From Felis catus (Eukaryota), in assembly GCF_018350175.1 (NCBI RefSeq), contig NC_058382.1, forward strand, positions 48,920,001 to 48,984,000: a DNA stretch of 64,000 nucleotides, in the 5' to 3' direction. Positions 24,599 to 38,195 of the stretch are shown in pieces. The first letter of the stretch is position 1. Each line of letters starts with the position of its first letter. The translations under genes and the position numbers were made by a program. Under the pieces are notes generated by a model. The model had not been told where the DNA came from. It saw only the letters and a program-made list of their open reading frames with translations, and made no database searches.

Positions 24599-24791
24599 AG
24601 CCCCTGCTGAGTTCCCTCCTGCGTCGGATGCCAGAACTGGAGACTCTGGAGATCATGAAGTTGGTCAACTGCCCCGAGACCTTCACCCCAGACATGAGGT
24701 GCATCATGGGCGAGTCTCCGGCAGTGCAGGGCTACTACGTCCTGGTGGGAATGAACTCTGCTGGCCTGTCGTTTGCAGGAGGGGCTGGAAG
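24599..24791 (+). CDS. PDPR: PDPR coding exon 8
   Basis: EPLLSSLLRRMPELETLEIMKLVNCPETFTPDMRCIMGESPAVQGYYVLVGMNSAGLSFAGGAG; 193 nt. Confidence 0.97.
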
Positions 24792-25152
24792 GTAAGTCTC
24801 TCTTGATTAGACTCTGCTTGCTGGGCTCTGCTGCGCTTCCCAGAGTTACTTGTTACTAATATGGTGTGTAGTGTGTGTATGTAATCCGGTGTGTTGATAG
24901 TAAGGAGGAGATACACCTCATTTGGGAGTTGTCCCCTTCAAAGTAATCACTGTGGGATATTCTAGCAGTGTCACTGTGCACAGGGTTTCAGTAACTCTTT
25001 TTGGAATTAGTCACGGAGCCTGTGGGATGTACTTTTCAGCTGTTTTGATCCTTTGAGTGTGCATTTGAGTTTGTAAACAGTAAGTATGGTGAGTGACACA
25101 GACGATCATGTTGAGTAGTACAAGTTTTCTTTAAAAATTACATATTGATTAT

Positions 25153-26082
25153 GGGGCACCTCTGTGGCTCGGTTGCTTGAGCTGCCGACTCTTGACTTTG
25201 GCTCAGGTCATGATCTCAAGGTTCGTGAGTTCAAGCCCCACATTGGGCTCTGCACTGACAGTGTGGAGCCTGCTTGGGATTCTTTCTCCCTTCCTCTCTG
25301 TTCTCTCTCAAAATAAACGAACAAACATGTATGTGTATATGTAATAAAAAAATCACATACTGATTAAACAAGCCAGTCAGAAAGGACGAATACTGTGTGC
25401 AGTACCATTCATGAAGACAGACAGTATCACAGTGGTTGCCAAGGCTGTGGACGGGAATGGAGAGGGACTGCTTCTCAGGTGGATGGAGTTTCAGTTTGGG
25501 AAGATGAAGAGTTCTGGGGGTGGATGGTTGTGATGGTTACACAGCAGTGTCAGTGTACTTAATGCCACTGAACCTCACAATTAGAAATGACTGAGATGGT
25601 TGATTTTATGTTCTTTGTATTTTGCCACAGTTAAAAGTTACTTTTTTTTTATCAATGAGGCAATTTTTTTTTTTTTTTTTTTAAGTTTACTAAGAGACCG
25701 GTGGGAGAGGGGCAGAGAGACAGGGAGAGAGAGAATCCCAAGCAGGTTCGGCACCATTAGTGTGGAGCCCGACACGTGGCTCAAACCACAAACCATGAGA
25801 TCATGACCTGAACCGACTGAAAAGAGTCAGAAGCTTAACCAGCCGAGCCACCCAGGCACCCCGAGGCCACTTTGTTTTTTAATTAAAAAAAATTTTTTTA
25901 ATGTTTATTTTTGAGAGAGAGAGACAGAGTGTGAGTGGGCAAGGGGTAGAGAGAGAGGGAGACATAGAATCCGAAGCAGGCTCTAGGCTGCAAGCTGTCA
26001 GCACAGAGCCCGATGCGGGGCTTGAACTCATGAACTGTGTGGTCATGACCTGAGTCGAAGTTGGAAGCTTAACCAACTGAGG
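25153..26082. mobile_element. SINEC 25153-25350(+), old L1 3' fragment ~25370-25635(+), SINECs 25665-25863(-) and 25875-26082(-)
   Basis: SINEC motifs; L1M 3' UTR-like GGAGTTTCAGTTTGGGAAGATGAAGAGTTCTGG...GTACTTAATGCCACTGAAC. Confidence 0.88.
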
Positions 26083-26476
26083 CCACTTTTCTTGAGTGAC
26101 TTGTAGAATGGTTCTGAAAACAGTCATGGAAGAGGAGTTACCAAAAGCAGAGATATGATCAGATAGATGTATAACCTCCTGAAGGTTTTCCAGAAAAAGC
26201 CCATTGGATGTATGAATAAAGTATGTTTTTCATAGATGTCACTTATGTCTTAAAACACTTTCTAGGGAACCTTATCATTAGAACTAAGATTGTCATAGCA
26301 GATTTGAGAGCAGTAGATGGATCCGTGTTTGTTTCTTCAGAAAAATTAAGGAAATGGCCCAGAATTTCTCAGCCAGTCTGTGACAAGACAGGATGTTTGA
26401 TTCTGTTGGTTCTTGTTTCCTAGTACAGTTAGGAGAGTATCCCATCTGAGGCCCAGCAACTTCCCCATCTAAACAG

Positions 26477-26601
26477 GTACCTCGCCGAATGGATGGTGCA
26501 TGGTTATCCATCAGAAAGCATCTGGGAATTGGACTTGAAACGTTTTGGAGCCCTCCAGAGCAGCCGTACCTTTCTGCGCCACCGGGTCATGGAAGTCATG
26601 C
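26477..26601 (+). CDS. PDPR: PDPR coding exon 9
   Basis: YLAEWMVHGYPSESIWELDLKRFGALQSSRTFLRHRVMEVM; 125 nt. Confidence 0.96.
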
Positions 26602-28439
26602 GTGAGTAGAGCTTGATCCCATTTGCATCTAGTCGAAGGTGTCTTCTTGGGGGCTGTTGGATCATTCAGAGGAGCAGATCTTTCCCTCAGTTATTTAAGA
26701 ATTGCTTCAAGTTGGCCTCTCGAGTTTGACTGGTAGGGGGCCCATGTTGGGGCATTAGGCCCCATGTGATATTTACATAACCGTCTCTTTAGTATGTTGT
26801 CCTTTATTTACCTCTGGGAACAGGAAAGAAGAAAAGGACTTACAGGTGGTAACTGCCATCAGACTTCCCGCAGCAGCTTCTTGTATATTCCTAGCATCGT
26901 CTGCTTTCCACTTTGCTTGGAAAGCGCCCGTGTCAGGTGAATGTTCTCTCTCCTCACTTGATCTTTGAGATTACAGTTTGCTTTCCAAGGCAGAGGATTT
27001 GGCTTGTTCTCAAAGCTTCAAGCTTCTCTGAGTGATTTTTGTCATAACTGTCACGTGCTAGCAAGATAGGAGACTACTTCTCATATAAATACAAAACATA
27101 CATTTCTGTTCTCCTCATTCCTACTTCTCTCCAGCTTCATTCTAACTTGTTACTCTACCTTACCTTTATTTTCTAGAGACAGGTTTTGTATCAAGAATTG
27201 AACCAAACCAGATTGTAATTTCATCTTCCTATACTGAGGAACTATTCTGAGACTTTGCCAAAATATATAGCTAGATACTTGGGGCATGTTTATGTTCCCA
27301 GTTGAGTTTCTACATATGCTGTGACTGGCATCCTTTAACAATGAATTGTTGGTTTAATAGCAGGCGGTCCCATTCACGGTGAGGCCTTTGAACGACCTTT
27401 AGCACCTGTGTATTCACTTTTAGCCTGTCGTAGAGAACTCTTACTGGTGGGAGACAACCCGGCAGCAGTGTGGGTGGCCGCTAAGGTTATTTTTGGCAAA
27501 TATTTTGGTTAAAATGTTGACTCGCCAGAAGTCTCAATTTCCCCAGCCATTTGTTACTTTAGAACCCGTGCAAATCATAATGGAGCTCGAGTTTCCCTGT
27601 GATGACCTGACACGCTGGGTAGCCTTCTCTGATTCTCATGTAATAGAAATGGGAGGCATGACAGGAAACGAGAAAAGGGTAAATAGAACCTAAAGTACCA
27701 GAGAAGACTGAAAAATTGTCGCAAGATAAGGCAACCAGCGTGGCTTCCTTCTCTTTAATTTCTCAGCCTCCTCCCCATTCTGATGTACCTCTTGTTTGGA
27801 ATAGTTTGAGGTCAGCTCTTCTCTTTGGAAGGGACTAGAGATCACACTCTTTCTGGCTATTTTTACTTGTTGCTGTTGCAGATTGGACATTAGGAGAAAT
27901 GAATTGTGACCCTAGCTTTGTTATGTGAATAATGTGACTGGGACAGTACTGTGCAGCCACCAAATCAAGGTATGCTATGTTCCCTTTCACCTCAGAAACG
28001 GGTTAAATGTTAGAGAGGAAATGTGTCTAACAGTCCTGAGATCCCAGCAACACAGGCACTGTAAAGAAGCAAGTGCCATGTTTTCACACTCTGCTCCTCA
28101 GATACAGTCTTCGTCTCTGCTGTGGGACTTAGCAAGGTTTACAAGCATGACCTTTCTCCCATTGTTTCTGCCTACTAACTTGAAACAGTCATTGAGAACA
28201 GAAACTTGGAGTTGTTAACCTGACTCACGGCCCTGTAACTCTGTGGAAAGATCAGGGCAGCTCTTGCAACATCATTCTTTCTTCCGGAGCCTGCCTGTTA
28301 TACTGGGAACTGTTTGCACATTAGGTCCCGTTAGCCTGGAAAAGCATGCTCTTTTGAACAGGAGCGACTCCCGAATCTAGAGATGCTGTGTTCTCGGCTC
28401 GGTGGTTTGGGTTTGCAGAGACTGTTATTTCTGTTCTAG

Positions 28440-28595
28440 CTCTGCTGTATGATCTGAAGGTTCCCCGTTGGGACTTCCAGACCGGGAGGCAGTTGCGCAC
28501 ATCTCCCCTCTATGACCGGCTGGACGCACAAGGAGCCAGGTGGATGGAAAAACATGGATTTGAGAGGCCGAAGTACTTCGTGCCACCAGACAAGG
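28440..28595 (+). CDS. PDPR: PDPR coding exon 10
   Basis: LLYDLKVPRWDFQTGRQLRTSPLYDRLDAQGARWMEKHGFERPKYFVPPDK; 156 nt. Confidence 0.97.
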
Positions 28596-28790
28596 GTAAG
28601 AAGGCCCGTTCTCATGTTTATTCTTTTGTTGCCTTGAGAACTAATAAAACCCATTTTTAAATGTATTACACTTAGAATGTGTTCCTGGAGGAATAAAGAA
28701 AAACCTGTCACACTATACTAATCCACATGGGGAGAGTCCTCAACATAAATGTCCTTTTCTCTTTTTCTTTTGTTGTTTGCCGGTCTGTAG

Positions 28791-28924
28791 ACCTCCTGGC
28801 ATTGGAGCAGAGCAAGACTTTCTATAAGCCAGACTGGTTTGACATTGTGGAGTCTGAAGTCAAGTGCTGTAAGGAAGCTGTGTGTGTCATTGACATGTCC
28901 TCTTTCACAAAGTTCGAAATAACA
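28791..28924 (+). CDS. PDPR: PDPR coding exon 11
   Basis: LLALEQSKTFYKPDWFDIVESEVKCCKEAVCVIDMSSFTKFEIT; 134 nt. Confidence 0.97.
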
Positions 28925-29142
28925 GTAAGTGCTTGAGAAACCCAAATAATAGATTAGAAACTTCTGAATATTTGTTGAATGTCTCCTTTTTTATCTGCCA
29001 CTTCAAAACCAATTTTGTAAGACCTCTGGTATGTTTTAGTGTTTTACTAAACTGTAATACATTTTTCTGAAGTTTTAGCTCTTTGTTTCTGGGTTTTAAT
29101 CTGCTTGTAGAGGCCCACTTACCATTAGAATCAAGAGCCAGT

Positions 29143-29366
29143 TGGGGCGCCTGGGTGGCTCAGTCACTTAAGCGTCCAACCTTGGCTCAGGTCATGATCT
29201 CGCGGTCTGTGAGTTTGAGCCCCGCGTCGGGCTCTGTGCTGACAGCTCAGAGCCTGGAACCTGCTTCGGATTCTGTGTCTCCCTCTCTTTCTGCCCCTCC
29301 CCCACTCATGCTGTCTTCTCTGTGTCTCAAAAATAAGTAAACAGTAAAAAGAAAACGAACAAAAAC
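29143..29366 (+). mobile_element. SINEC
   Basis: Full-length feline-type SINEC with A-rich tail. Confidence 0.93.
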
Positions 29367-29553
29367 AACGAGCTTTCTTTGGAGCTTCTCACAGCGGAGT
29401 AAATCCGCAGATACTGTTGCTAAATCCGCAGATACTGTTGCAGTTGGGAACTGGCTAATTGAATTGCCTCAGGGGGTCACACTGCTCGGCGACTGTGTTA
29501 CCAACCAGCTGTTCTTGTGCTCACTCTCTCTGCTTTCTTCCCTCCCCCTCCAG

Positions 29554-29702
29554 TCCACCGGGGACCAGGCATTGGAAATTCTTCAGTACCTCTTCTCCAA
29601 TGACCTCGATGTACCCGTGGGCCACATTGTGCACACCGGCATGCTCAATGAGGGTGGAGGGTATGAAAACGACTGTAGCATAGCGCGGCTCAGCAAGCGC
29701 AG
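29554..29702 (+). CDS. PDPR: PDPR coding exon 12 (GcvT/aminomethyltransferase-like domain)
   Basis: STGDQALEILQYLFSNDLDVPVGHIVHTGMLNEGGGYENDCSIARLSKR; 149 nt. Confidence 0.97.
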
Positions 29703-30194
29703 GTAAGGCTGGCTGCCGCCCTGCCCCCGACCCCCCAACCCCTGCAGTGCGCTGCCTCCTGGAGGTGTCCTCGCAGAGCAGAGCGTCCGGCTCACGGTCC
29801 GGGAAACCATGACCGTACTGAGGACAAAAAGACATTTCGGTAACTCCTGGCCAGTTCCTTAGCAATGCAGTGCAAATAGAAGCCACGGGGGAAAATGGGG
29901 AAGAAACATACCCGATTATATACAAATCGATGTGGAAATAACAGTCCCCCTACTGGGAAAAAGTGTTCTGGTGTGTCAGTAGGTCTGTATATCTTGGCAC
30001 TAACAGGAAGCCGGGATCTTCGGTGCTTATGTGGTATATCCTAGAATTATGTGCCCCTGGCCTCCTCTGAAGGCAAAGAGGTCATTTGCCAGTATTCTGC
30101 TCATTCATTGGCTGCTTTGAAACGAGTTAACTTGACTGCTTCCTGAGGCTTTTTCTGCTGCCTGGCTTACATTACTTTCCGGTCTCCCTTTCAG

Positions 30195-30307
30195 TTTCTT
30201 CATGATTTCCCCAACTGACCAGCAGGTCCACTGTTGGGCCTGGCTTAAGAAACACATGCCAGAGGACAGCAACCTGCTTCTGGAGGATGTCACCTGGAAA
30301 TACACCG
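30195..30307 (+). CDS. PDPR: PDPR coding exon 13
   Basis: FFMISPTDQQVHCWAWLKKHMPEDSNLLLEDVTWKYT; 113 nt. Confidence 0.97.
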
Positions 30308-31387
30308 GTAAGCCGGCCCTCCAGGCTCAGCTGCACAAGAGGCCAGCCTGTCCAGATACGTCTTCTCCATCTGCCTTCTTTATAGCTGACATTCAGAAAT
30401 GGGGGTCAGAGTGAGAAGCGTGCTGGAGGCGCCCTGGTCATAGAACACTGATCCCTGATATGTCCCTGCATTTTTGCAAGTGAGGGGTGAGTTGTGCTTC
30501 AGTCCGTTTGTCTTGTTTCCCGCTGTGCCCCCTCCAGCCAGGATGGAGGAGTGCAAATATTGGCTGAATGAGTGAAAATTACTTCGAAAATACATTTTTA
30601 AACCTACTACCTAAATATTGTTTTCTTCAAAATTTCTCAACTTTTTTTAAGTGAGTGAATAATTCTTGAGGAGGACTTAATTTCCTGATGATCTACCTCT
30701 TCCTCAGCAGTCTTGTCAGGGAGCAGCCCCTTCCCTCACCTCCTCATTCCAGCTTTAATGCTTGCCTATCCCCCACTTCACTGCCCCTCACCCCCAACAT
30801 GTCCTCGTGGCCAGTTCATCACAGCAGCAGATCTGTTTGGCTGTTTGCTACCAGACTGGCAAACTACACAATCTTACTGAACCAAAGTTGTTTCCTAGCC
30901 CAAGAGGGTGTTTGGGGTATAATTTCCACGGGCTGCTGTGCCAGGACGGAACCTGGGCTGGTTGGGCCGCTCTCACCATATAGCAACAGTGGGAGGAAGG
31001 AGGCGATGGGAACCGTGTGGGAGGTTTGTGGCCGGCCCTGGAAGTGGGCTCCCATCGCCCCGGCCAGGACGCGCTCTCACGTTCCCGGTCTAACCACAAA
31101 GGCGGCTATGGGATGTTGTTTCCCCGTGTCCCCGGGAAGAGGAAACACGCTGGCCAGGCTGTCTCTGGCCAGCAGTCAGCAGTGCATGCATTTACCAGGC
31201 CTGTCAGGAGAGGTGTCTGCCTGACTTGGGGCGTTCTGTGTCCATCCTGGGATTGCCTAAGCAGAGAGGCGCTTTCGTGGGCTTATCACCCAGGCCTGGC
31301 CGTGAGAGAGCAAGTCCCAAACAGACTTTTCCCTTTGGCTCAGCGGTGACTGGACTGGCCAGACATCTCTTGTTCTTTTCTGTTTAG

Positions 31388-31482
31388 CCCTCAATCTGAT
31401 TGGCCCTCGAGCTGTGGATGTGCTGTCCGAGTTGTCCTATGCCCCTATGACTCCAGACCACTTCCCAAGTCTGTTCTGCAAG
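31388..31482 (+). CDS. PDPR: PDPR coding exon 14
   Basis: LNLIGPRAVDVLSELSYAPMTPDHFPSLFCK; 95 nt. Confidence 0.96.
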
Positions 31483-32539
31483 GTGGGTGCTAATTAAGTT
31501 CTAGTTTTTAAATGGACAGGGAATATTTCTTTTATAGGGATAGCAATTACACAGTTTCACTACAGCGTTAATGTCCACAGAACAAGGTGTTGGGGCTTTT
31601 ATGGAGCAAATAAAATGTCCCAATAAATTCATCCCTTTATTTTTCACCTTTCTAGGTCTCCTTATTTAATAAGCATTAGGATATCTTTGAAGTGGATTTA
31701 ACTTCTCTGAATATCAGTCCTTTCTATTTACTGCTTTTTGTAGCAGTGGATTACATGTGTAAATTAAAGGATTAGGACACTAACGCCAAAAAATGCCAAT
31801 TAAGGTCGGGTTCCTTCTCTCCATGCAGTGCTTCTCCTTTTCCATTCACAGAGTCACTTCTGTGTGTAGTATCTCCAGGTAAGAGATGTTCAGGTGAAGC
31901 CCTAAACAACTTACATAAGTTTCTTATATTTGGCAGCAGTGGCATCTTGGAACTGAGTAAAAGAAGTAGTAACAATACTGATAAGAGAGGTGCAAACAGA
32001 CTAGTGTTTTGACAACCTGTAGCAAAACAGCTGTGGGGCAGCTACTGACTGATGGAGGCTCTTTGAAGTTCAAACCTAAGCTGAGATCCACGTACTCATT
32101 GTACAGTGTCCCTTTTTCTCCGTGGCAGAGTGAAAGCAACAGAACAGTCTCACCGTTAGCCATCAGCAACCCTTCCCTGCATGGCCTTGGGTTCTGGAAC
32201 GAATGATGCACCTATGTGAGCCTACAGGGTAGCAAGTTATGTTGGGCTTCCTGTGGGAACAGTTTGCTCCAGTGCCTTCTGGGACTTAACCACTTGCCAT
32301 TATAGGAACAGGGATTGTGTCAGAGGCCTGTTAGGTAACTGAGCTGCTGTAAACACATTTTGAATTAGAAGCCTAATCTCTGACCCCAGGGTAGCAGGTG
32401 CACCATGTTCTGTGGTCATCAGGCATCCTCTTTTGTAGGGCAGGTGCCCTGGACTTGCCTGCCAGATGCCCCAGAGAAGACACAGGCCTGGTCTTTGTTG
32501 CTCTTGACACTCTTGACTGAAATCTTTTTAAGGTTCTTT

Positions 32540-32699
32540 CTTTATTTTTAGAGACAGTGCACAAGTGGGGTGGGGCAGAAAGAGAGGGAGAGAGAATTCC
32601 AATCAAGCTCTGCACTGGGGCTCAATCCCACGAACCCTGAAATCATGACTTGAGCCATAATTAAGAGACGCTTAGCCGACTGAGCCACTCGGGCGCCCC
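32540..32699 (-). mobile_element. SINEC
   Basis: Reverse-complement head ...GACTGAGCCACTCGGGCGCCCC. Confidence 0.9.
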
Positions 32700-33035
32700 T
32701 AAAACAAACCCTTAGGAGGACTTTGCGAAAAGACATGTTTCACGATTGTAAAGACTTCGCCTCCACTTCCCGCCAGCAGCTTGGCTAGTGCTCCTGAAAC
32801 GGTGATGTCTCATGAGAAGAGTGTAAAGACCGTGCTCCGTTTCTGGTGACCCCAGTACTCGGAAACAGACCACTCTGGGGATGAATTTCTCTCAGGCACA
32901 TGGCTCTGCCGTAGGGTCGAAGGGTGCGGAGCTGATAAGAGGTTTACCTCAGGTGTTCGTTCCTTTAACACACATGTTGAGCGCTCACTTCCTCTGGAGA
33001 CTCTCCGTGCTGACCTCCTCCCTTTGCTTCCACAG

Positions 33036-33125
33036 GAGATGAGTGTGGGCTACGCAAATGGGATCAGGGTGATGAGCATGACTCACACAGGAGAGCCGGG
33101 ATTCATGCTCTACATCCCCATAGAG
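33036..33125 (+). CDS. PDPR: PDPR coding exon 15
   Basis: EMSVGYANGIRVMSMTHTGEPGFMLYIPIE; 90 nt. Confidence 0.96.
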
Positions 33126-33299
33126 GTGAGCCCCGCGGAGGAAGGTGGCCGGCTTTCGCACCCCTGCCGGGCACTGGCAGAGTTAGAGAGCCAGATCTGA
33201 CTGGGCCTCGGGAACGGAGGCAGGCTGCATTAGGGGCACTTTAACATTTTGGACTAAGTTACTTACTGTTTTGAATAGGAAATACGTTTATGTGGTTTA

Positions 33300-35700
33300 A
33301 AACCTATGGAAAGTATTTAGTGCCACCCGACCAGTTCCCATCAACCACTACCAGTGATACAACTATTAGTATTTGAAGGTCATGTCAGAGATTTTTGTGC
33401 ATATGCGAGCCAAGTTCAAAGACATTCTTAGTCCCGTTTTAGAAACATAGATGGAAGCATACTGCTGTCCTTTATCTCTTCACCAATTGATGGTATAGAT
33501 CTGCCCTGTCAGTCCCTAAAGAGGAAGCACTTCCGGTTTCTTTTTTTAACAGCAGGATAGTGTTCTGTCAGATCGTTGAATCATTAGGCTGGTACTAAGA
33601 GGCATTTCCGGTTGTAGGCCTTTGCTGTTATAAACAGTTCCGTGTACAAGAGCATCTCTTTCCTTGTACGTGTGTGCGTGTACCAGTACGGGGTTTTCAC
33701 ACTTTGGGCTGACAGAGAATTGTCAGTGCAGTTGTAATTTTCTTTATATGTGGGATGAAGCAACTTTTTGTAAAAGGCGAAAGATTTATGCGATCTGAAG
33801 AGAAACCAGAGTATGAAGCAACTTTTTGGAATGCATTTCCAAGGAAAAGCTCTTCTATAGGACCTGCACACTCCTGCCTGCCCGTCCGCCACCCTGTTCT
33901 GATGTGATCCTACCTTCTCTACCTGTCCCGCTACTTGCTTGTCCCTGAATGTGCTCCTGTTCCTTCCCCGGGGCCTTTGCATTTCCTCTCCCTCTCCTGG
34001 CTCGTCCTCCTCCCCCCCCCCCCCCCCCCCCCCCCCCCGACTCTCGCAGCTGTGCCTGCTTCAGGTCTTATTTGAGTGGTATCTGCTGGATGAGGCCCCA
34101 TCCCCGGTTCCCCCGCTCCTCCTTCCCACTTTCTTTTTCTCTGTAGTGCCTACCACTGTCCGATAAAATCTGTTTTATTTTGTTCGGCAAGTTATCCTTG
34201 TTTAAGTGTCAGTTCTCCGAAGGCAGGAATATTTGCCTGTCTTAGCTTTTATTTCCCCAGCACCTAGAGAAGTATTTGGCACATAGTAAATGTTTAAGAA
34301 ATGTTGCATAACTGAATGTTCCGGTCATACCTTTGTACATTTTTGTATTGAATGATTGGTCTGTTTACCAGTTTCTGAGCATTGTCTGAGTCAGATAGTC
34401 CTTGCTGTTGAGTTATAAGTTTTTTTCCCAGTTTGTCATTTGTCTTTTCATTTATTGTCATGTAGAAGGTTTTTTTAAAAAATCAGGAAAATGTTTCATA
34501 TGTTGCAGAAGATTTTTTGATTTTTATTGTAATTGAGTTGATCGGTCTTTTGTGCCTTCTAGAGTTTGATATATAAAAGGGACTTCTCCACTCCAGGCTT
34601 ATAAAATTTTCCCAGTTTTCTTCCATTACTTTTACAGTTAGTGGTGTTGCTGAGTATGGGTTTGTGGTTTTGTGTTTAATTTTTTTAAATCTTTTGAGAG
34701 AGAGAGACAAGAGTGCGAGCGGGGAAGGAACAGAGAAGGAGACAGAATCCAAAGTAGGCTCCAGGCTCTGAGATGTCAGCACAGAACCCAATGAGGGGCT
34801 CAAACTCATAAGCTGTGAGATCATGACCTGAGCCGAAGTTGGACGCTTAGTGGGTTCACTAAGCCACACAGGCGCCCCTGTGTTTTTTTTAAATATTTAA
34901 ATGCTCCATCCTTTTGCAGTGTCTGTTGCTGTACTTGATGAGCTATGGATCACACATGTTTCCACATGGATGACCAATTGCTTTCACATCGTACCCTTAC
35001 CAGATACTAAATTCTTGTATGTATTCAGGTTTATTTCTGGACCTTTATTCTGTTCCCTTGGTTTATCTGTTCATGATCCAGGATTATGCTATTTTAATTA
35101 TGGAGTCTTTATTATATATTTTAATACCTTTTAGTACTTATTGTCCCTTATAGCTGGCAAACTCTGGAAAAAAATAATTCCTGTTTCCTTATTTCCCTTT
35201 GGAAACTTTATAATTATCTAGTATAATTATACTGCTGCTGGTATTTTTTGGATTATGTTACATTTATATATTAGGGAGAATTGATGAAATATGTTAAATC
35301 TTACAAAGAATGCCTTTTAGTTTTACTCAAGTTTTTTGGTGACCTTAAGAGGTATTTTGAAGTTTTCCTTATATATACATTACACATTTTTTAAGTTTAC
35401 TTGAATAACATTTTGTTGTCGCTAGTTGTGAGTGGGAAGGGTGTCTTTGTTCCATTGTCTTTTAAGTGATTATGATTTTTGAAAGCTATTTTTTCTAGTC
35501 TATATCTCTTTACTAATTTATCTTACTATAGTTGTTTTTTAGTTGAGTACCTGGAATTTTCAGGGTTCAGTCTTAATCATAGAGACAGTAATGGTTCTTC
35601 TTCTTTCTTAAGTTTAATTCCTACAATTTCTTTCTCTTGTCCAGTTGTGACAAGGAGTAGGGATTGTAGGCATCTTTCTTGTTCCTGATAATTAGTTATA
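33300..35700 (-). mobile_element. Degraded old L1 fragments interrupted by an L2-like piece (~33880-34310) and a SINEC (34680-34878, minus)
   Basis: T-rich antisense L1-like text. The SINEC is clear; L1 and L2 family calls are by resemblance only. Confidence 0.6.
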
Positions 35701-36087
35701 TTACTTTTACGGGGTTAGGCTTTCTTATAGTTACTAACTGAAGCACAAATTTACTAGCCCATGAAATTCCATATGCTTGTCGAGACAACTGTAACAACAC
35801 TAAGATGAAGGGATTATTCGCAATTTGAGAAGAGTTGCTACAAATGTAGCTGATCTGCTGTCCCTGTACAGGTAGGGGCTGGTTCTGAAATGTCACCTGG
35901 GTGCCCTTGTCATGAATTCACTGAACTCGATCAAGAGTGGCTCCAGCAGGTTTGTTACTTGAGGCCTTGGATTCTACTTCTCATTTTCCTGGGCTGCTCT
36001 TGTTTTTATGATTTTCAGTGAGTCCACAAGGTGGTTTGTGCCCTGCCTGGGTTCTTTACAAGCTGGCTCCTGTCCTCAAGAAGGGTA

Positions 36088-36365
36088 TACAGCTGCCCCT
36101 GGCATAACACTCAGTCAAAGCTCCACATAGAACTTTTGACTCCTCAAAAACCTTAACTGCTAATAGCCTACCATCGACTGCAAGCCTTACTGTTAATAGA
36201 CGTTTTGTGTGCTACACGTGTTGTATATTCTTCTAATACAGTGAGCTAGAGAAAACAAAATGTTATTAAAATCATATGGAAAATACATTTACAGTCATGT
36301 ACTGTACTTACTGAAAACTCCACATCGAAGTGAGACACACATAGTTCAAACCCATGTTAACTGTA
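36088..36365 (+). mobile_element. Tigger2/MER8-like DNA transposon relic
   Basis: AACTTTTGACTCCTCAAAAACCTTAACTGCTAATAGCCTAC resembles the Tigger2 family; TA-CAG...CTG-TA ends. Confidence 0.7.
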
Positions 36366-36864
36366 CTTGTCTCTTTGAGGGGAAACAAAAACATCCCCCA
36401 AAACATGGGGACAGATGGCAGGTTCTTGTTTGGCTCACACTAAATCCCCAACAGCTAGAAAAGGAATATATGATGGGGACCTGCTTTTCTCATCTAATCC
36501 AAGACTAGTTACCTGCTTCAAATCTTTATTCCCTGGCCTTCCTCTTAACGATTCAATTGGAGACACTGAAGCAGTGAGTGCAACGGAGATACTGGCTTTT
36601 GATTATTCTCGTTTCCTGTCCATCCCCATGGGCCTCCTGCCCCCACCGTTGCTCATTCAGGTGTGTCACTTGCACGGGGGCCACACAGTGTATGGATTCA
36701 ATAGCACAGGTTCTGTTTTTCTACAACTCTTTTCAAGTTGTCCTGACCACCGTGGCCATTCAGTAGATGCCTCTTTGGCTGCAGGAGAGCAACACGCAGG
36801 GCAGCAGACCCAGCCAGGGTACAGAACTGCAACACCAGTGAAACCAGTTTCTTTTCCATCCTTC

Positions 36865-37460
36865 CAGTTTTATTGAGATATAACTGACATATATCACTGT
36901 ACAAGTTTAAGGTGCACAGAATGATGGATTGACATGCCCTGTGACATGACTGCCGTGGTAAGTTTCATTTTGCACCATTTATGTCTCATAGATTCGTGTG
37001 TCCTAGATCCTTGTGGGGCACAGGATGGCTCAGTGGGTTAAGCATCTGAGTCTTGATTTCGGCTCACCTTACCATCTCAATTTGTGAGTTCGAGCCCACA
37101 GCATGGAGCCTGCTTGGAATTCTGTCTGCCCCACCCAGGCTAGGTCTCTCAAAAATAAACATTGTTAAAAAGCTTTTCTCCTTGGGATGAAGACACTTAG
37201 GATTTACTCTTGTAACAACTTGTGTTACTTGTCACACAGCAGTGTCTGCTGCGGACATCAGGTTGGGTATTCCATACCTAGTTCTCGTTTGTCTGGTAAC
37301 TGAAAGTTTGTACCTTCTGCCTCCCTTCCTCCAGTCCCCACTTTCCTCTCCCCACCTCTGCCAACAACAACTCCAGCCTCTTTTTCTGCAGATTTGGGTC
37401 ATGTTGTTTGCGATTGTACACGTAAATGCGATCATGAGACGTTTCTCTAATTAATTTCTC
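36865..37460 (-). mobile_element. L1 3' end fragment with nested SINEC (37015-37170, plus)
   Basis: TTTTATTGAGATATAACTGACATAT...GTAACTGAAAGTTTGTACC L1 3' UTR motif. Confidence 0.78.
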
Positions 37461-38195
37461 TTGTCATTTTGTCTTTTTAGTTATTAAAGCTAATAATGTA
37501 GTCTGGTACTAGGCTTTAGACATCACAGAATACGTTTAAACATCACACAGTAGGAGTATCTGCCTTCAGTTGAGGAAACTTTATTTAGGGTGTCTGACAC
37601 TTACAGTTTCCAGAACCAAGAATAACATGAGAGGCTGGCCATTGTGGGACACGGGTAGGGTGCGCCGCCTTCCTGGCTCAGTCACTTGAGCGGGGTGGGG
37701 GGGGGGGGACGCGGGTCTCTGAGATGTGCCATCTGTGGAAAAAACAGACATTGCCCATGGGGTCCTGTGTGACACACATTTCCCAGCACGGGCAATGCAC
37801 GTGAGGATGGGGTGGGGAGTTGGGGCGAGAGCAGAGCCGCGGTGGCTGAGCGGACTGAGAGGCACTTGTGGGCCTGGCCGTTGATGGGGTGGTGAGAGTG
37901 TGTGTAGGATTCTCATTTGAGGACTGCTGTGTGCTTGGCTCCCTGTCCCAGGCTCCACAGAGAAGGGAAAGCTATGGATCTTGCTTCCATGGAGTGTAAG
38001 TCGGGTTAGGGTGACCCTGGCTCATTACTCCTGGGTAGTGATGCTTCAGTTGCTCGAGGATGAGACGACCTGAGAATTTCATACACCCTCCTCGCTTGTT
38101 GAGGTTCACGGTGTCCCCCATTGGGTGCTGCCAGACACACTCCGTGTTGAATTCGGAAGGTGTGCGGGCTGCTGACCTCTCGTTTCTCCCTCTAG

